This document shows, in pieces, positions 50,643-64,000 of a stretch of DNA of 64,000 bases. Source of the DNA: Bugula neritina (taxonomy: Eukaryota; Animalia; Bryozoa); contig OZ037766.1 in assembly GCA_964035545.1 (NCBI GenBank), positions 8,236,722 to 8,300,721 on the forward strand, read 5' to 3'. The notes beneath the pieces are model-generated. The model searched no databases, had not been told where the DNA came from, and saw only the letters and a list, made by a program, of their open reading frames with translations. The position numbers and the translations under genes were made by a program. Every line of letters begins with the position of its first letter. Within the stretch, counting starts at the first letter, position 1.

Positions 50643-51983
50643 GGCTATTTCCTACTGATATATTTTAAATAATAATTTCATCTACAAATAACTTTGGAGA
50701 CTTATTGGACAGAAAAGAAACCGACCAATTCCATTTATTTCCATTACATTTAAAAATCCTTTTACAGCTGTTGCTTCTGCAACACTGAATTCAAATCAGT
50801 ATATCCCAGAGTTTGGCTGTGTTTTAGTGCTGTTATTTTTCTTGAAAGATATTTATTTATGCATATTGGATATTAATGTGCACTAGTTCTCAGTAGCTGC
50901 AGGGAAAAATGCAAACCATAAAGTTTGATATTTTTACAATCTCTCTAAATATATAATTGCCATGTCTTTCAATTTTTCTAAAAGATTTTAGCTATGAAGT
51001 TACAAAGCATATTTCATCATCTTTGCTCATGTTTACTTTTTAGTTCTGCTAAATTACTAGCTAGAAACAACCAAAGTGTACAGTTTTTTCCAACTAAATT
51101 ATATTCCTTTAATAAACAAGTATAATTTATCCTTTGTTTAGCTAATAGATACTGGAAAGCATTATCTATAGAATTTGTTAGCATTGTATAAGATACAACT
51201 ATAGAAGACAGTATGAGGTATAGGTTGCACAGGTTTTTATTCATCAGAAACTACACACTATATAAAGGTGCTATTCAATAGCATTATAATATTTTAGTAT
51301 ATAATTTCTAAAAAATACCCACTAAGAGACAGACTTCTTATCAGTGAACTTCCATCTTTTAGAATTTTTTTATGTCATCACAAAATATTTTCCAAGTATT
51401 TTCTATGTAGACTAAATGTTTCTTGTGCTGTTTTTAATTGTTTTTTTACAACACTTTAGTTGCTATAACTTACATAATAAATAACTTTGACAATACCAAC
51501 TCAGCTTTTGTATAATCTAGATATGCAATTGATTCAACTTTGTTTTTTTTAACAAATAAAAACAATGAAGCCAATCAGATAACGCATCATAAAGTCTGAA
51601 AACATTGGTATAGCAGCTCTAATTTATATAAACTCTAAAACATACTCAGGGAATAGCATGTCTTAGAAAAATGCTTTGGCCATTACAATTACTATATCTG
51701 TATATACTGTACAAGCATCATGCATATAGAAAACCAAGCACAAATAAAATGCAATGTGAAATAGGCAATCATTTGACAATATTCAAAACCGACACCTGCC
51801 ATATAGAGATTGTTAACAGCTCCAAGAAACCAGAAACAAAATCACCAAGAACTAAATAAATGAATATGATTGGTCAATGTTTGGCCAATAAGCTCTATAA
51901 TAGCAGGAATTGTAGCAGTGGAGAGATCTCTTTATATATCCTGGTGAGAGGTGTTTCAGCGATGACTAGTGAACTGGAAAGGG

Positions 51984-54900
51984 TTACTGTATGCTACACA
52001 TACTGCTACTCTTCTGGGAATGGACCACAGCTGCTCCAGCCTCTTTCTTAGAGTAATTTGTTATTTCAGCTTTCACTACTTTGTGTTGTAATTCCAAGTC
52101 CATTCTTGTTAATTTTATGTTTAAAATGTCAGCTGCGATCTTCTGAAAGCATGTGTTAACCTAAAACCGGGACCATTTTAAGTTGGAAAACATTTATATA
52201 ATGAATTGGAAACATTTAATTTTTAAATTTTTCAATAAAGCTACATACAGCAGTAATTGTTTCCTTTATAATCTGTTTTTAGCATACAGTGGTTTACTAA
52301 TATAAGTAACAGGGTTTATTAAGTGCATTTACTACAAATCTTGTTAACTAAACGCAATTTGTTGACTGTTGTGACCTATGACAAAATATGAGCCGATAAT
52401 AACATCCAAGCATAATGTCGATATAAGTTTAAATATCTTACAGAGTCACCAGTTTTGGCTGACACATAATGAGAGGACATGCCATGCTGCTTTGCGTAAG
52501 AAGTGTGCTTTTCTAACTTCACAGTTCGCATATGCTCTAAGTCACCTGTAATCAACACAAACCTAGTATAAAGAACTTCCAACTAAATATAACATTACAA
52601 ATTACTATCTATTATGAAACCCTGTTCGCAATTCACTGCTAAAACATACTGTAACTTGTATGCATTCACCCCAACTGCAGTCAACTCACCTTGACTAAGC
52701 TCATTTAATTTATGTCATTTTGATTACCAGGTTTCATAGTATTTTTATTTGTAAAAAGTTAAAGTTATCAACTTTTGGTTTCAATTCACTTGAAATTTTC
52801 TCAGGCTTTCTCTTTCAAATTTGATTACGAATTGCTTCATTTTGAGGAACAAAGCAAATGCAGCAGCAAATAAAAAATAAGTTAAAAAAATAATTAGGAG
52901 CATTACTAATAATGTGAAATATTTGTATTCTTCAATTATATAAATAATTATAAACAGTCAATAAAAATAGTTTTCACTAATATTAATCAAAATTCCAAAA
53001 GACAACTTTTCATAAGAGTTAATATAACTGCTAGTAACCGTGATATGATTTAGGCTATATGATAACACGGAATCTTTTTGTTAGCATAATTCAAGATTAT
53101 TATTTTAGCTGGTACTTTTGATACAGCGATATAAATATTTAGTTTTAAGAAGAAGACAACTCTTGTACAAAAGATCTATCTCCTTAGTTGTTTATATTCT
53201 ATATTTTATAATATAGCAACGCAAATCCTATAGCAAATTTACATACTCATTGGTGACTATTACAGATAAATATAAACATAATAAGCACATAAAAACTATA
53301 GTGTGAGCAGTTTTGGTACTTACTTTTATTGCCTACAAGAGCCAGGTGGGGCTTTCTATACTCCGGCCCCTGAGTTTCAGTAACTTTCTTCACTACACTC
53401 AGCCAATCATCAATGTTTTCAAAGCTGGAATGATTTGTTACATCGTATACCAATAATATCCCCTGTAAAATTCCTAGAATCTTTATAAAAAGGTCACAGA
53501 TAAAAAAATTCAAACTTCCAAACTACATTTTATAACTGTTGGATATGTTAGCCAATCTCATCTAGTTATTTATTCATTTATTCTGTTAAAAATTCAACAA
53601 TGAAGTGCAAGAAACACTATGACACCCAAATTTTACGTTTCTAATGACTATTTTCACAAATCAAGTTATTCAATAAGTATTTAGCAATTTGGAAGAAATA
53701 GAAATTCAAACACTGTGGTAATGATTGGTTGAATAGTAAAATAGGTAATTAGCTTTGTTTTAAACCCATTTGAACACCTGTTCATATAAGATTTTTTAAT
53801 CTCAAAGACTCATGATAATAAAAAGGCTTTATGTGTGCCAATTATTAGGACGTCACCAATAAAGTTATTGGATAAATGATTTGAATTATTCTGACGGTTA
53901 CATTAATTAAACTTAAATAAGGTTTATCCACTCAACAAGGTTTACATGGTGAAGATAAGAAAACTCCAAGTTTAGTGTAACATAACTTGCTAATAAATCT
54001 GGCTGCAAAGTTTTAGTTTCTAGGTATAAAGAAAAAAAATTCTATAAAATAAAATATATGTGTCTGGGTGCTGCTATAAAATACTAAAAATAATTGCGGC
54101 AACCAAAATGTAATTAAACAATTTGCAATCTATACTAAAACAGGTGTAATTATAAGTGACTATTATATAATTTTGTATATGTGCCCTTAGATTTTATGAT
54201 TGAAAGCAGCAGTGAAACTTGAATAGAACTATGCAGCTTTGAATAGAACTGAAATAAAATAATTTAAATGGTTTATCTAAAAATCTCTAGTCAATGATTC
54301 AGTTGCAAAGTAGTGGCTGCAAAATAGTTAAAGCAGTAAACAGGTTTACTTACATCAGCACCATAAATGTACTTATCCAGCATGCCACCTGCTATTGATT
54401 GACCACCAATATCCCACACTTGCATGGCTACATTTGTGTTGCCTATATGTTTCAGAAATAAAATAAGCATGTATGAAAAATAGTACAGTATATTTTATTC
54501 TCCTGTTATGTGGAGTAGATAAAAAGCAATATACTTACCACTTTCTGTACTATCAGTATATTTGAGTCAATTACTGAACTTAATTAGTATTAAAATATAT
54601 GCATCAGAAAATAAATGCTATGAGATTAGAAGACAAAAGTGTCCCATGAAAGCATCATCTAAAGTTAAATAACACATTAACCATGCATTTTTGACAACTT
54701 GTCCTGTTACATGGCAGAATGTATTTTTGTGGTGTACAAAACCATGTTAAATAGAATCAGTGTTCCAAAAAAAGTGCTGGATGATAAAAAATTTTAAGGA
54801 ACAAAATATCTTGTTTATAGTGAACTTTCTTTGCTGGTCATAGTGAAAGAGTGTTTGCTATAGTGATTTCTAGATGCTATGAACACCAAAAAGCTCTAAA

Positions 54901-55624
54901 AATATTTAGAAGAAGGTCACCAAAGTAATTAAAAGTGTTTCGGGGCTTAGAATCTACAAATTAACTAATAACACATTAAGCTCATTCCTAAACAACGCTT
55001 GTCTAATATTAGAAGCAAACAATGGAAATAAAATTCCTACCGTGTTTCAAACACCGCATATTATTTAAACTGTTGCTGTGTCAATACTGTCTATAATTTT
55101 GTCACAAATATCTCGCATTAAAAATTAAATTTCAACATTTTTATAAACTAGATACACCTTTCTAGCTATGGCTACCTGGCAAAACTATTCTTTTCAAAAA
55201 GAAATCCACTCCAACAGTCTGTCTGTAATGTTTTCCAAATTGCTCTTGGGCATACCTTGTAGTGATTGAGGTCTGAAAATAAAGTAAAACAAATCAAATT
55301 CATAAATGCAGCTGCTATATTTGCTGACAGCATATTTTATATTGCATTTGTAATTTATATGTAACATAAAAAATTCATATACAGAGTTGAATGCTATAAA
55401 TATAGTAACATATAACATAATATATTAGAATAGAATATTTGAAATACAGTATTACTTTATAAATTGATTAAAACCAAGCTATTATTTTAACTTTATTCAA
55501 ATAAAAAGTTAAATCACAGTGACAGTAAATTATTTGGGGAAATGCTTACTTTTCCGCTAGAACCATCACCAAGGATCACAATTTTTAATTGTTGGTCAGT
55601 AGTCTCATCTTCTGAATCTGACAT
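51984..55624 (-). CDS. RAB28: Ras-related protein Rab-28, 6 coding exons, ~226 aa
   Basis: Exons 55624-55550, 55272-55176, 54442-54354, 53462-53324, 52545-52442, 52160-51984 (681 nt). Motifs: [43 protein letters not shown] (Rab28 signature), [33 protein letters not shown]-terminal CaaX CSIQ. Confidence 0.97.
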
Positions 55625-55789
55625 CACGCTATGTGAAAGTCTGTAAAGTTGTAAGTATTTCACTTAAATCCTGCAAACTCTACAAGCATTGTACTTTTGT
55701 TTATCCCAATGAAAACATTGTAAATTAATATTGTTTGCTATAATGAAAAAAAATACATTTAATTGTTGTAGTGTTGAGTTTACCTAGTG

Positions 55790-55860
55790 GCCTCCGTGGT
55801 GTAATGGTAGCACACTTGCTTGCAAGCCAGAAGATTCGGGTTCGATTCCCAATAGGGGCA
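55790..55860 (+). pseudogene. tRNA-like sequence (pseudo-tRNA or head of a tRNA-derived repeat)
   Basis: GCCTCCGTGGTGTAATGGTAGCAC..GGGTTCGATTCCC..GGGGCA has intact A and B boxes and a recognisable cloverleaf. The acceptor, anticodon and T stems each carry a mismatch, the anticodon loop is only 6 nt (TTGCAA), and a related decayed copy lies at 37742. Confidence 0.7.
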
Positions 55861-56364
55861 ATTATTTTACGAGCTTTTTTCGGTTTGTCAAATACCATCT
55901 GACTTTGTTTAGTATTTTCATAATGATAATCAAATTCAATAAGATTTAATAAAAAAAATTTAAAATCTGATTTTGATAAAAATTAAAATAATAAAATAAA
56001 GCTTGCAGTTTAAACTAAAATTTAAATTAAATTTAATTACTCATATTAATGTTCATATTGATATACATGATACATATTCATACCGAATACTATAAGTATA
56101 AGTATAAGAGTAGAACTGATAAGTGATAAGTGATGACCAACATGAACATGAACATTCAATTTCATACTATTGGCACTGGTAGTAAATCTCATACTAAATA
56201 TAATGGTTATTAATTAAAGTAGAATTATTGTCAAAAATTTTAGTGGCAAACTATGATAAACTAATTACTAAATAAACTAGCAAATATCAATATCAATATG
56301 GTTATGTGTGCTTTGGCAGTTCAACATTGACTTGGCACCCACATCGTGTTGATAATTATTGTTT

Positions 56365-56500
56365 TGGAGTTGCTGTGCGTGACGTATAATCGATTGCCCA
56401 ATGACAGTGCGAAATTCTGAATTTTGACCAATGGAATCCTAATAATTTTTCAGCCTCCAAATCTAAAGCGCTATCTCACCGGAAACTCTACCAATCACAA
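56365..56500. promoter_or_regulatory. Candidate bidirectional promoter of RAB28 and ATRN
   Basis: Head-to-head ATGs ~900 bp apart; CCAAT at 56398, 56428 and 56491; CCGGAA at 56479; TGACGT at 56380; X-box-like GTTGCTGTGCGTGAC at 56369-56383. Confidence 0.5.
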
Positions 56501-56521
56501 ACAGAAGATGGACTGAGGAAC

Positions 56522-59500
56522 ATGTCAAAACATAATTATATGCTTCTATTTTCTTTTGTTGTACTTTTCTTGGTAACACAATATACTTTAGCTGATGTAA
56601 AATCTACTTCAGTAAAATGCTCTGACGGACAGTGTGAAAATGGCTTTTGTGTAAATGAGACATGTGTGTGTAAAGATGGCTGGACAGGATCATATTGTCA
56701 ATTTTGTGATGGGAGGTTCAGGTAAGCCCGTAGTGTTATATACTTGTAGGTATAACAAATTTTAACTTACGTGGTTAACTTTAAGAGTGAGACTCAGACT
56801 GAGAGTGGGTAGCATGTAGGCATTGTTATTGTATTTGTTATTGTAGTCGAGTTGAATTTTTGTATTTTAAGCTGATATTATCAAACATGTAGTTGTACTG
56901 TTTCAAAAATGCCATTATAAAGTCAAAATCAAAATGCATCTAGTGGCACTTTAGATCAGGTGAAAATTCACGGCCAAATTATGATGCATACGGCAGGGGG
57001 GCAGATTGTTGTTATCTCTATAATGCTTTGGCTTGTCCAGAGAATATTAATTTTTGTAGTAGGATCGGCATTTCGTCTTTCTGAGCAGCTTGCTGACTTG
57101 CTCATCGAAAAATATTAATATAATTGGTGTGATTGAGTGCAAATTATAGTGCATATATTTAAGTTCCCCTATGAAATTCGCTTCTGGTTGAGTTTAATGA
57201 ATGTAGTTTTATTGAATTGATAGTCATGAGGCAGAAAGTTGTTAGCCTTTAATATTGAAACTTTATATTGTACTAATTTGATTATTTGAGTTTAGCTTGA
57301 AAGATAGTTTTTATTTATGGTGTACTCTAACAGTTTGTGAAATATGAAGTTCTATGTTTTTTTTGAGGTCATGCTGCAAATTAATTTTTTATGTCTTATG
57401 TTGCCCAGTTCTCTCTAAATCTGAACTGAAAATTAAAGGCACATTATTTAATGAAGATTGTTTTACCTACTCTTTAAATATCAATTCCACAACGTGTAGG
57501 CCATATGATGCTAGTATCAAAATGCATGCTACTTAGATAATTATATATAAGACAATAAATAAACGTTAAAAAGTACTAATTGTATACGCAAGTCCAGTCT
57601 TGCCTTGTTTTATTTAAACTTTGTTTCTGAAGGTTATGCTGTGTTTATATTCTATTAAAATATTACTCAGTGTGCTAGATAATTAATATTCCATTCCATT
57701 TAACTATTGACGTTTCTCTCCAGTCTGACAGCATCTGAAGGAGAATTGCACGATGGGGTTGGAGACTATCCTACTAACACCAAGTGTAGTTGGCTCATAG
57801 ACACAAATTCTACTTTGCCTATCAAGCTGACCTTCCATCATTTTTCCACAGAATGTGGCTGGGATCACCTCCATGTGTTTGATGGCTCATCTATCTATGC
57901 ACCTCTGGTTGGCAGTTTCAGGTAGTTCCTGCTTTCGGTAGCTTTCCCTGGCAGTTACTAGCATTCTACTGTTCTGAAACTATCAACATTTTTTCAACAA
58001 TAATTTTTTCAAAAATTATAACATTAAAATTTAGAATTGTGATAGAGGAACTATTCTAAAAAGGAAAAGTTAAATTCTTGGTCATCCTAAGGAAACTAAT
58101 GTCATCCAGAGAGTTTGTTTTGTCTAAATTTGAAAAGTTTGGTTTTTTAAGCTAAGTACTATAAAGATTAGTAATTGCCTATTATTCTAAGATTTGGTGT
58201 TGTTGGCCTTTATATTGCGCAAGCACACTTAGCATATACCCATCACATATGAATCTTTGCAAAAAATTGTTTACATAGTTTATACATGTAATATGTCTTT
58301 ATTACATCTAAGGTGTATTTTATGTTCAAAAAAAAGTTTCATATTGGAAGATTTTTAAGTACATTTAAAAAATAAATTTGTAGTTTACCAACTACAGCTG
58401 CAGCTCAATGCCCACTAAGAACTAAATTAATATATGACATCTCTTGTGCAACAATTGTTTTCATCCATGTAACCTAGGGTACGAATTTTTGAATGTTATT
58501 ATGAAAAATGTGATTCAGATTTTTAACTTTGCTGTGACGAAAGCAATATGTTCCGCATAGCTACAGCTGCCTTGTTGAATAAAATTATAAAGCTGTAGCG
58601 GCTGTAACATTTGCCTATCAGACTTTGCCCTATAATTTCCCTGTGTTAAATGCTTAATATGCATGTATTTTATGTGTTTCTTTATAGTGGCATATCTCAT
58701 TCTATAAAGGACATAACACTGCATTCTGGCTATGGTTTCCTCTACTTCTATAGTGATGTTGCATATAGTATGGGTGGATTTAACCTTACTTACAGGTGAG
58801 CTGCTTTAATCAGTGTAAATGCTATGCACATTTATAGCTACACCTATGCAGGTGAGTTTTAGGCTGGAAGTTTCTCATCAATAGGCTATTACTGCATATC
58901 ATATTTATTCTTAGGTATGGAATAAAATCTTCATTTATAATGACCATTGTATACACAGGTATTCTCTGCAACATATTGCATGTAATAGTTGTAGTTTATC
59001 ATCCTAATCGTTCTTATATTACATGGAGTTTTGTTTTGATAGCTGCCAAATGTACAAGCTCCTTTAATGTATCAACTGTAAGCTGATGGGTATTTTATAA
59101 CATTGTATCTGTGCCTTAATGCTGTATGTTATATTATACTTCTGTAGTAGAATGTGCAATTCATGCTGTATGCTCATATTGTCAATAGTAACTGTGCTCC
59201 TTCCTATGTGTCCCAAAATATACCAGAATACCGGGCTTAACTTACCGGTTCCATTAAATTCGGCCATCTTGTCCATTTGTATACAAACATCAGCCACAAA
59301 AGGGGGGGGAGCCTTTCTCATGACCTGTAGAAGTTCTTGAGAAATGGATTCGTGAGCTACAGAGGGAGCTCTGTAATTTTTATTTAACTAGCTAACATAT
59401 GACACTAACCATGTTTTCCCAGACTGGTTAGCTGCCCTGCAGATTGCAATAGCCATGGCACCTGCCTGCAAGACAATGCCACGTGTGTGTGTGAGAAGGG

Positions 59501-62500
59501 TTGGACTGGGTCAGCCTGTGATATACAGGAAAACTGCTACAATGACTGCTCTAATAAGGGAGTTTGTGAAAACGGCACATGCAAATGTCAATCACCTTGG
59601 CTTGGTAAGTGTTGTATTCATCGAGTAACAATAGCATAATTCATTATTCTTCAATAATATTATTGTTAATTATTCTTATTTCTTTTTAATTTGATGGATG
59701 AAAATTAGTTTTAATATGTATTTGCATTTCAATTTGCTTGTCTATTTGCAAATATGTTTTCTGAAATGCTTCAGAGTGCCAAGTTAGAATTATTTAAATT
59801 TGTGTGAAATTTTGAAGCTTTTTGTTCAAGCTCTTGGATCGATGCTGCTGATAAAAAATTTATCTCAAACTCATCGCAATGTCTATCAATTTTTACAATC
59901 ATGGGTTTTTATTAATGAATGGGTCCCAAATTATCTCAAGATCGTTTTCTGATTCTGCTATCTACTCATTTCCACAGGAACTCCTGTTACACCTCAATAA
60001 CTACCAGATGCATATCTTGTAATGTTTTCTGATATCCCCTAACTGAGCCAAAGATATATTTTCATTAATTGGGTAGTTTCCAGTCTAATTCAGGTAGCTG
60101 TGATTGCCAACTTGCATCACAGTCCAAGTTATATTCAGCTTGTGTAGTAAAATTTTTTGGCGGCTGATGCGTGGCAACATCTTCCAAGAACTCATTTACG
60201 TGGGACTCTGGTATTTACATTTCCTTGTGCAGAGGCTGTGACTGGTCTTCCGCAGCACTGGATGCTTACCATGGCCCCAAACGCTATGCTAATTTATCAG
60301 CAGTTTTAATGCTACAGTTTCTGACTCACCAGTTTTTATATTGTCAAGACTGCAAGACAAGAGACAAATTGCTGTGTTTATATAACTACTAGAAATTTAT
60401 TTGTTTAAGATTGTGGCTTTAATTAAGAATTTATATCAACAAGTGTTGGCTTAGAACTAGTAGCTGCAGACTGTGTCACTAGAAGTTTGATTGACTTGTA
60501 TACTTGCAGGAATCGACTGTTCAGTACCTACTGATAATATAACATGGCTATCTATTCATACTCAATCATCTCCATTGGGCCGAGCGTCTCTGGGTGCAGA
60601 TGTACTCGGAGATTTCTTGTATACTTACGGAGGGGAAACTTTGCTCAACAGATTTATAAACCACAGCAACGATTCTATAGCTTTCTACAGGTGTGTGTTT
60701 TTACATAGTGAAACTTCTTAAATATTTTTCTGTTGTGTATAATGTAAATAATAAATTGTGTCATTTGTGAAACATTATTTATCTTGATGCTATATACAAA
60801 GTTTCAACTTATAACTGAAATATGTTCCTCATACTGTTATACCAACATATTGAGGTTGCTCTTTTTGAGTAACAGAAGCTGGTCTGTAAAGCATTCTAAC
60901 TATTAGTTGTAGCCTATTAAGTAATGCCAGTGCATTCATGCAGCAAGTAAAATAATATGGCCTATTGTTGAATGTTTTGTCTGTTAATTTGACTGTTCTG
61001 ATTCCCATTGTAGATACAACATATTGACGCAGACTTGGTCTAGTCTCAGTGTAAATTCATCAGTTAACTCTAATCTATATGGCCATTCACTCAGTGCCAA
61101 TCCTTCGGACCAGAAGGTAAAGTTTGTAATAATATTACATAAATTAGTTATCGGATACATTCATGTTTTTATATAATTATATACATAATTCAGTGAATTA
61201 TAGTGTAGAATTAAATAGAATATTATTGCCTATGCCCTACAAAATTACGATGTTCAGTTGGTGTAAAATAGTTATTGTATTTCTGGCAATTGTATATATG
61301 CAAGTTTAATTGTGTCGTAATGTTGAGACATTTAACTGGCTTCATCAGGAGTTATTGACACTGTGAATTATTATAACTTGAAATATCATCTGCATTTAGG
61401 AAGCTACCTCATCAAGATAAATAATAGTCATTTCCTCTTCTCTTACAAGTATAGGATTTCCTTGTTCAGTTACTTCATTGCAGCCACTGTTCAGTAGGAT
61501 CACTCGTCCATGTATTATTTTCTGTGCCACTGTGGTGCAACTGTACAGTCTACAGTACCACTTTATAGTATATAGTACCACTTTATAGTAACTCCATAGA
61601 CACACTTTATCGCACCGTAGGCCGTAACATATAATGTCAGCCATTTTAGTGTGTCCGGACTGAAGTTCTCAAAGTGCACTATTGGGTACGATCTATGACA
61701 CCTCATTGGACATTTATATCCAATGAATTGCCGTGAATGTCTTCCTGTTCAATAGGAGTCCGTCGCAACTTTTTCTGATCGAGCAGTGCTTGATCCTGAC
61801 ATACCGCAACGTCGTACAGGAAGCTCGGACATTTCTAAGAATGGCTGACATTTGCTGTTACAGCCTACGATACGGCAAAGTGTGTCTAGGGGGTATACAG
61901 TACCACTGTAGAGTGTACAGTAACACTGTAAAACTTGCAACTAATGCTGAACAGGTTGTTGCAGGTCTTCACTGTAGAAACACCCTTCAGTATTGTATAG
62001 GAATTTTAAGGACTAGAAACATCTTAGCCAACTGAAACAAATAGATAATATTTTCACACTAACCACTTGCCATCAAACACTTTATGTTTTCAAGATGATA
62101 TTAAACCAAACATAGTAGTGGCACTTGATAAATATTACAAAATACCTTCTCAAGTAATTATAATATTTACATTGGTTTACATGGTTTACCTTCTCCAAGC
62201 TGCCTTCTTTTCACAAGGTTTTGTTACCCTTGGGAAAGGATATGACTAGTTCAAAGTCACAGAATTGACATCTGCATTCCCTTATATTACTGATTTGAAC
62301 ACAGAATTCCAAATGTGAAAACAGCTGCGTTTAGAAATAATGTAGCTGTTATAAGGAAATGGTTTATTTAGAAATTTAAGGGGGCAACTTACTTATTTTA
62401 TATCAAATGCTGAACATTACAATATTATAATTCATTTATGTTATTCAGGTTGTATGATTTTGTAGTTGTATTTATATGGTGGGACAACTGATGATTCGCC

Positions 62501-63873
62501 CACAGCTGCCTTAGCTTCCTACCATACTGTGTCTTCAACATGGGAGGCGTTACCACCAGGTCCCGTCGCGGTCACTGGGCACACTGCCCACATCATAAAC
62601 AACAAGCTCTACGTCTTCTTTGGCCAGAGTGCAATATACAGCTTCATACACTATATACAAGTCTATGATATTGGTATGTTGTTATCTCCTATATACAGGA
62701 TAGAAAATATTAGAGTATTCTCTTTTAATTAGAAGATTCACAATTTTATAGTTTGCTCATGTGACATATCTTATATTCAATTTTTTTGGAGATGCAGTTT
62801 AAACTTTGAAGAGTCTGGCGTCATATTATACTCCTTTTTCACATTATAATGTATAACATTTAATTAATATAAGAGTAAATAGACCATATTATAGTCCTAT
62901 ACTCTTGTATAAATTTATTGTATGACATTCTTATAGCTGTAATCTGTTTAGTTCCATGCAAATTAATGTTCTCGGTATTGTACTATGTTGTATCTTGATT
63001 AGATAAGTCCAGTTGGAGTATAGAGAGAACATCCGGTGTTCTCGTGCCTGGAAGGTATGGACACAGTAGTGTTTATGATCCCCATAGCCGATCTGTGTTC
63101 ATATTTGGTGGATATCACAGCAGTCACAAGCCAGGCTCTTACAAACTCTCTCATTCTTTGTATAAATATATGGTTGATGCATCTATATGGTAAGTATTTT
63201 AGATTGTTAATATGCACATTTCAACATTATCGTACACCAAATAAAGATATTATAATTGTTACCTCTGTAAAAGGGTTTGTCACTATTATAAAGTAATATT
63301 AATATTCTATTTTATAAATTTAAAGCTTTTGCAATTTCAACATTTTCTCCGATAATTTTCAAACTAGACGGCGTTTTCTATTGCGAGTAAATCAGTTTAT
63401 TTGGAAAGTAATTTTCAAAGTTGTAATAGGCAAGATTTTTATGATACTTGTTTTTGAGTTTTGTAATATCTACAAGAAATACAGATTTGCCATCTGTTTC
63501 TAAGTTTCAAGTTTCACCAATGCAAATGATGTGTTGCAACTTCATTACTTATTGGAATTTATAATTTTTCAGTTATGGAAATTATATTATGCTCAAGTCA
63601 ACACACCCAGTTTTAATTATACTGCCTTTTCACTTAGTCAATTAATCTCCTGCACATGTACCTATTAGCATAATATAGTAGGAGTACCATGTACCATGTA
63701 CCATTGTATATGCAGGGTGGGTCTGTCTCCGGCACATAGACCCTCGTTCCTTCACTCTATGACACTCCTGCCCCAAGGCTATCTGTTGGTGTCTGGCGGT
63801 AACTCTCACAATGACACTGTGGGTAGTTCAGGATCGCAGTGTTACTCTAGTACTCTGCTTGTATATAATATGT
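56522..63873 (+). CDS. ATRN: Attractin / attractin-like (signal peptide, EGF, CUB, EGF, EGF, Kelch repeats); 5' part only, continues beyond the window
   Basis: Exons 56522-56721, 57724-57921, 58688-58795, 59423-59604, 60510-60690, 61014-61116, 62466-62673, 63003-63189, 63716-63873; GT-AG, phases consistent. Motifs: CQFCDGRF, KCSWLI, FSTECGWDHLHVFDGSSIYAPLVGSFSG, FYSDVAYSMGGFNLTY, GRYGHSSVYD, GGNSHNDT..CYS. Confidence 0.93.
61592..61893. mobile_element. MITE (PIF/Harbinger- or Tourist-like), copy 2, in an attractin intron
   Basis: TIRs CTCCATAGACACACTTTATCG.. / ..CGGCAAAGTGTGTCTAGGGGG, flanked by TAA and TAT; internal sequence colinear with 11120-11414 (CTGAAGTT.TCAAAGT, CGATCTATGACAC, TATATCCAATGA, GCTTGATCCT, CGTACAGGAAGCTC). 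Confidence 0.85.
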
Positions 63874-64000
63874 GTGAGTTTGTTATTATGTCTATATGTG
63901 TACACCCTATCTACCCCATAATTCATTTCTTCTGTCAGTTGATGTAATTTACTTTAGCTGAAGCTGCAAGTGATGGTGATGGTAGAAGTGTTCATAGCAC

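Noticed and set aside
55790-55860. Functional tRNA-Ala or tRNA-Cys gene
   Set aside because: 6-nt anticodon loop, mismatches in three stems and a related decayed copy elsewhere in the window
61396-62035. Overlapping ORFs sharing MADI.CY.LR
   Set aside because: Produced by the two inverted arms of the MITE

Overview
AT-rich, intron-rich animal genomic DNA, probably from an invertebrate; it is not prokaryotic. Most ORF-track entries are intronic noise or microsatellite translations. Manual splicing (GT-AG junctions, phase-checked) gives seven protein-coding genes: (1) a 9-exon Ldh_2/YjmC-type oxidoreductase on the minus strand with a probable mitochondrial presequence; (2) a 14-exon BCAP/BANK1/Dof-family adaptor (TIR-like, DBB, ankyrin, Tyr/Pro-rich tail) on plus; (3) convergent with it, a ~1,050-aa ankyrin-repeat-caspase fusion on minus with an intact His/Cys dyad but an atypical GFCRG motif and a large acidic insertion in the small subunit; (4) a 5-exon uncharacterised gene on plus that appears to join a TBP-like segment to a degenerate PLD-like fold; (5) MMD/PAQR on plus; (6) RAB28 on minus; (7) the 5' part of attractin on plus, head-to-head with RAB28. 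Repeats include a hAT-type non-autonomous element with an 8-bp TSD and a nested fold-back MITE, two copies of a Harbinger/Tourist-like MITE, two LINE 3' ends, tRNA-derived SINE-like elements and many microsatellites. The most interesting region is 19-40 kb, especially the ankyrin-caspase. All homology calls come from motif recognition by eye; no searches were run.
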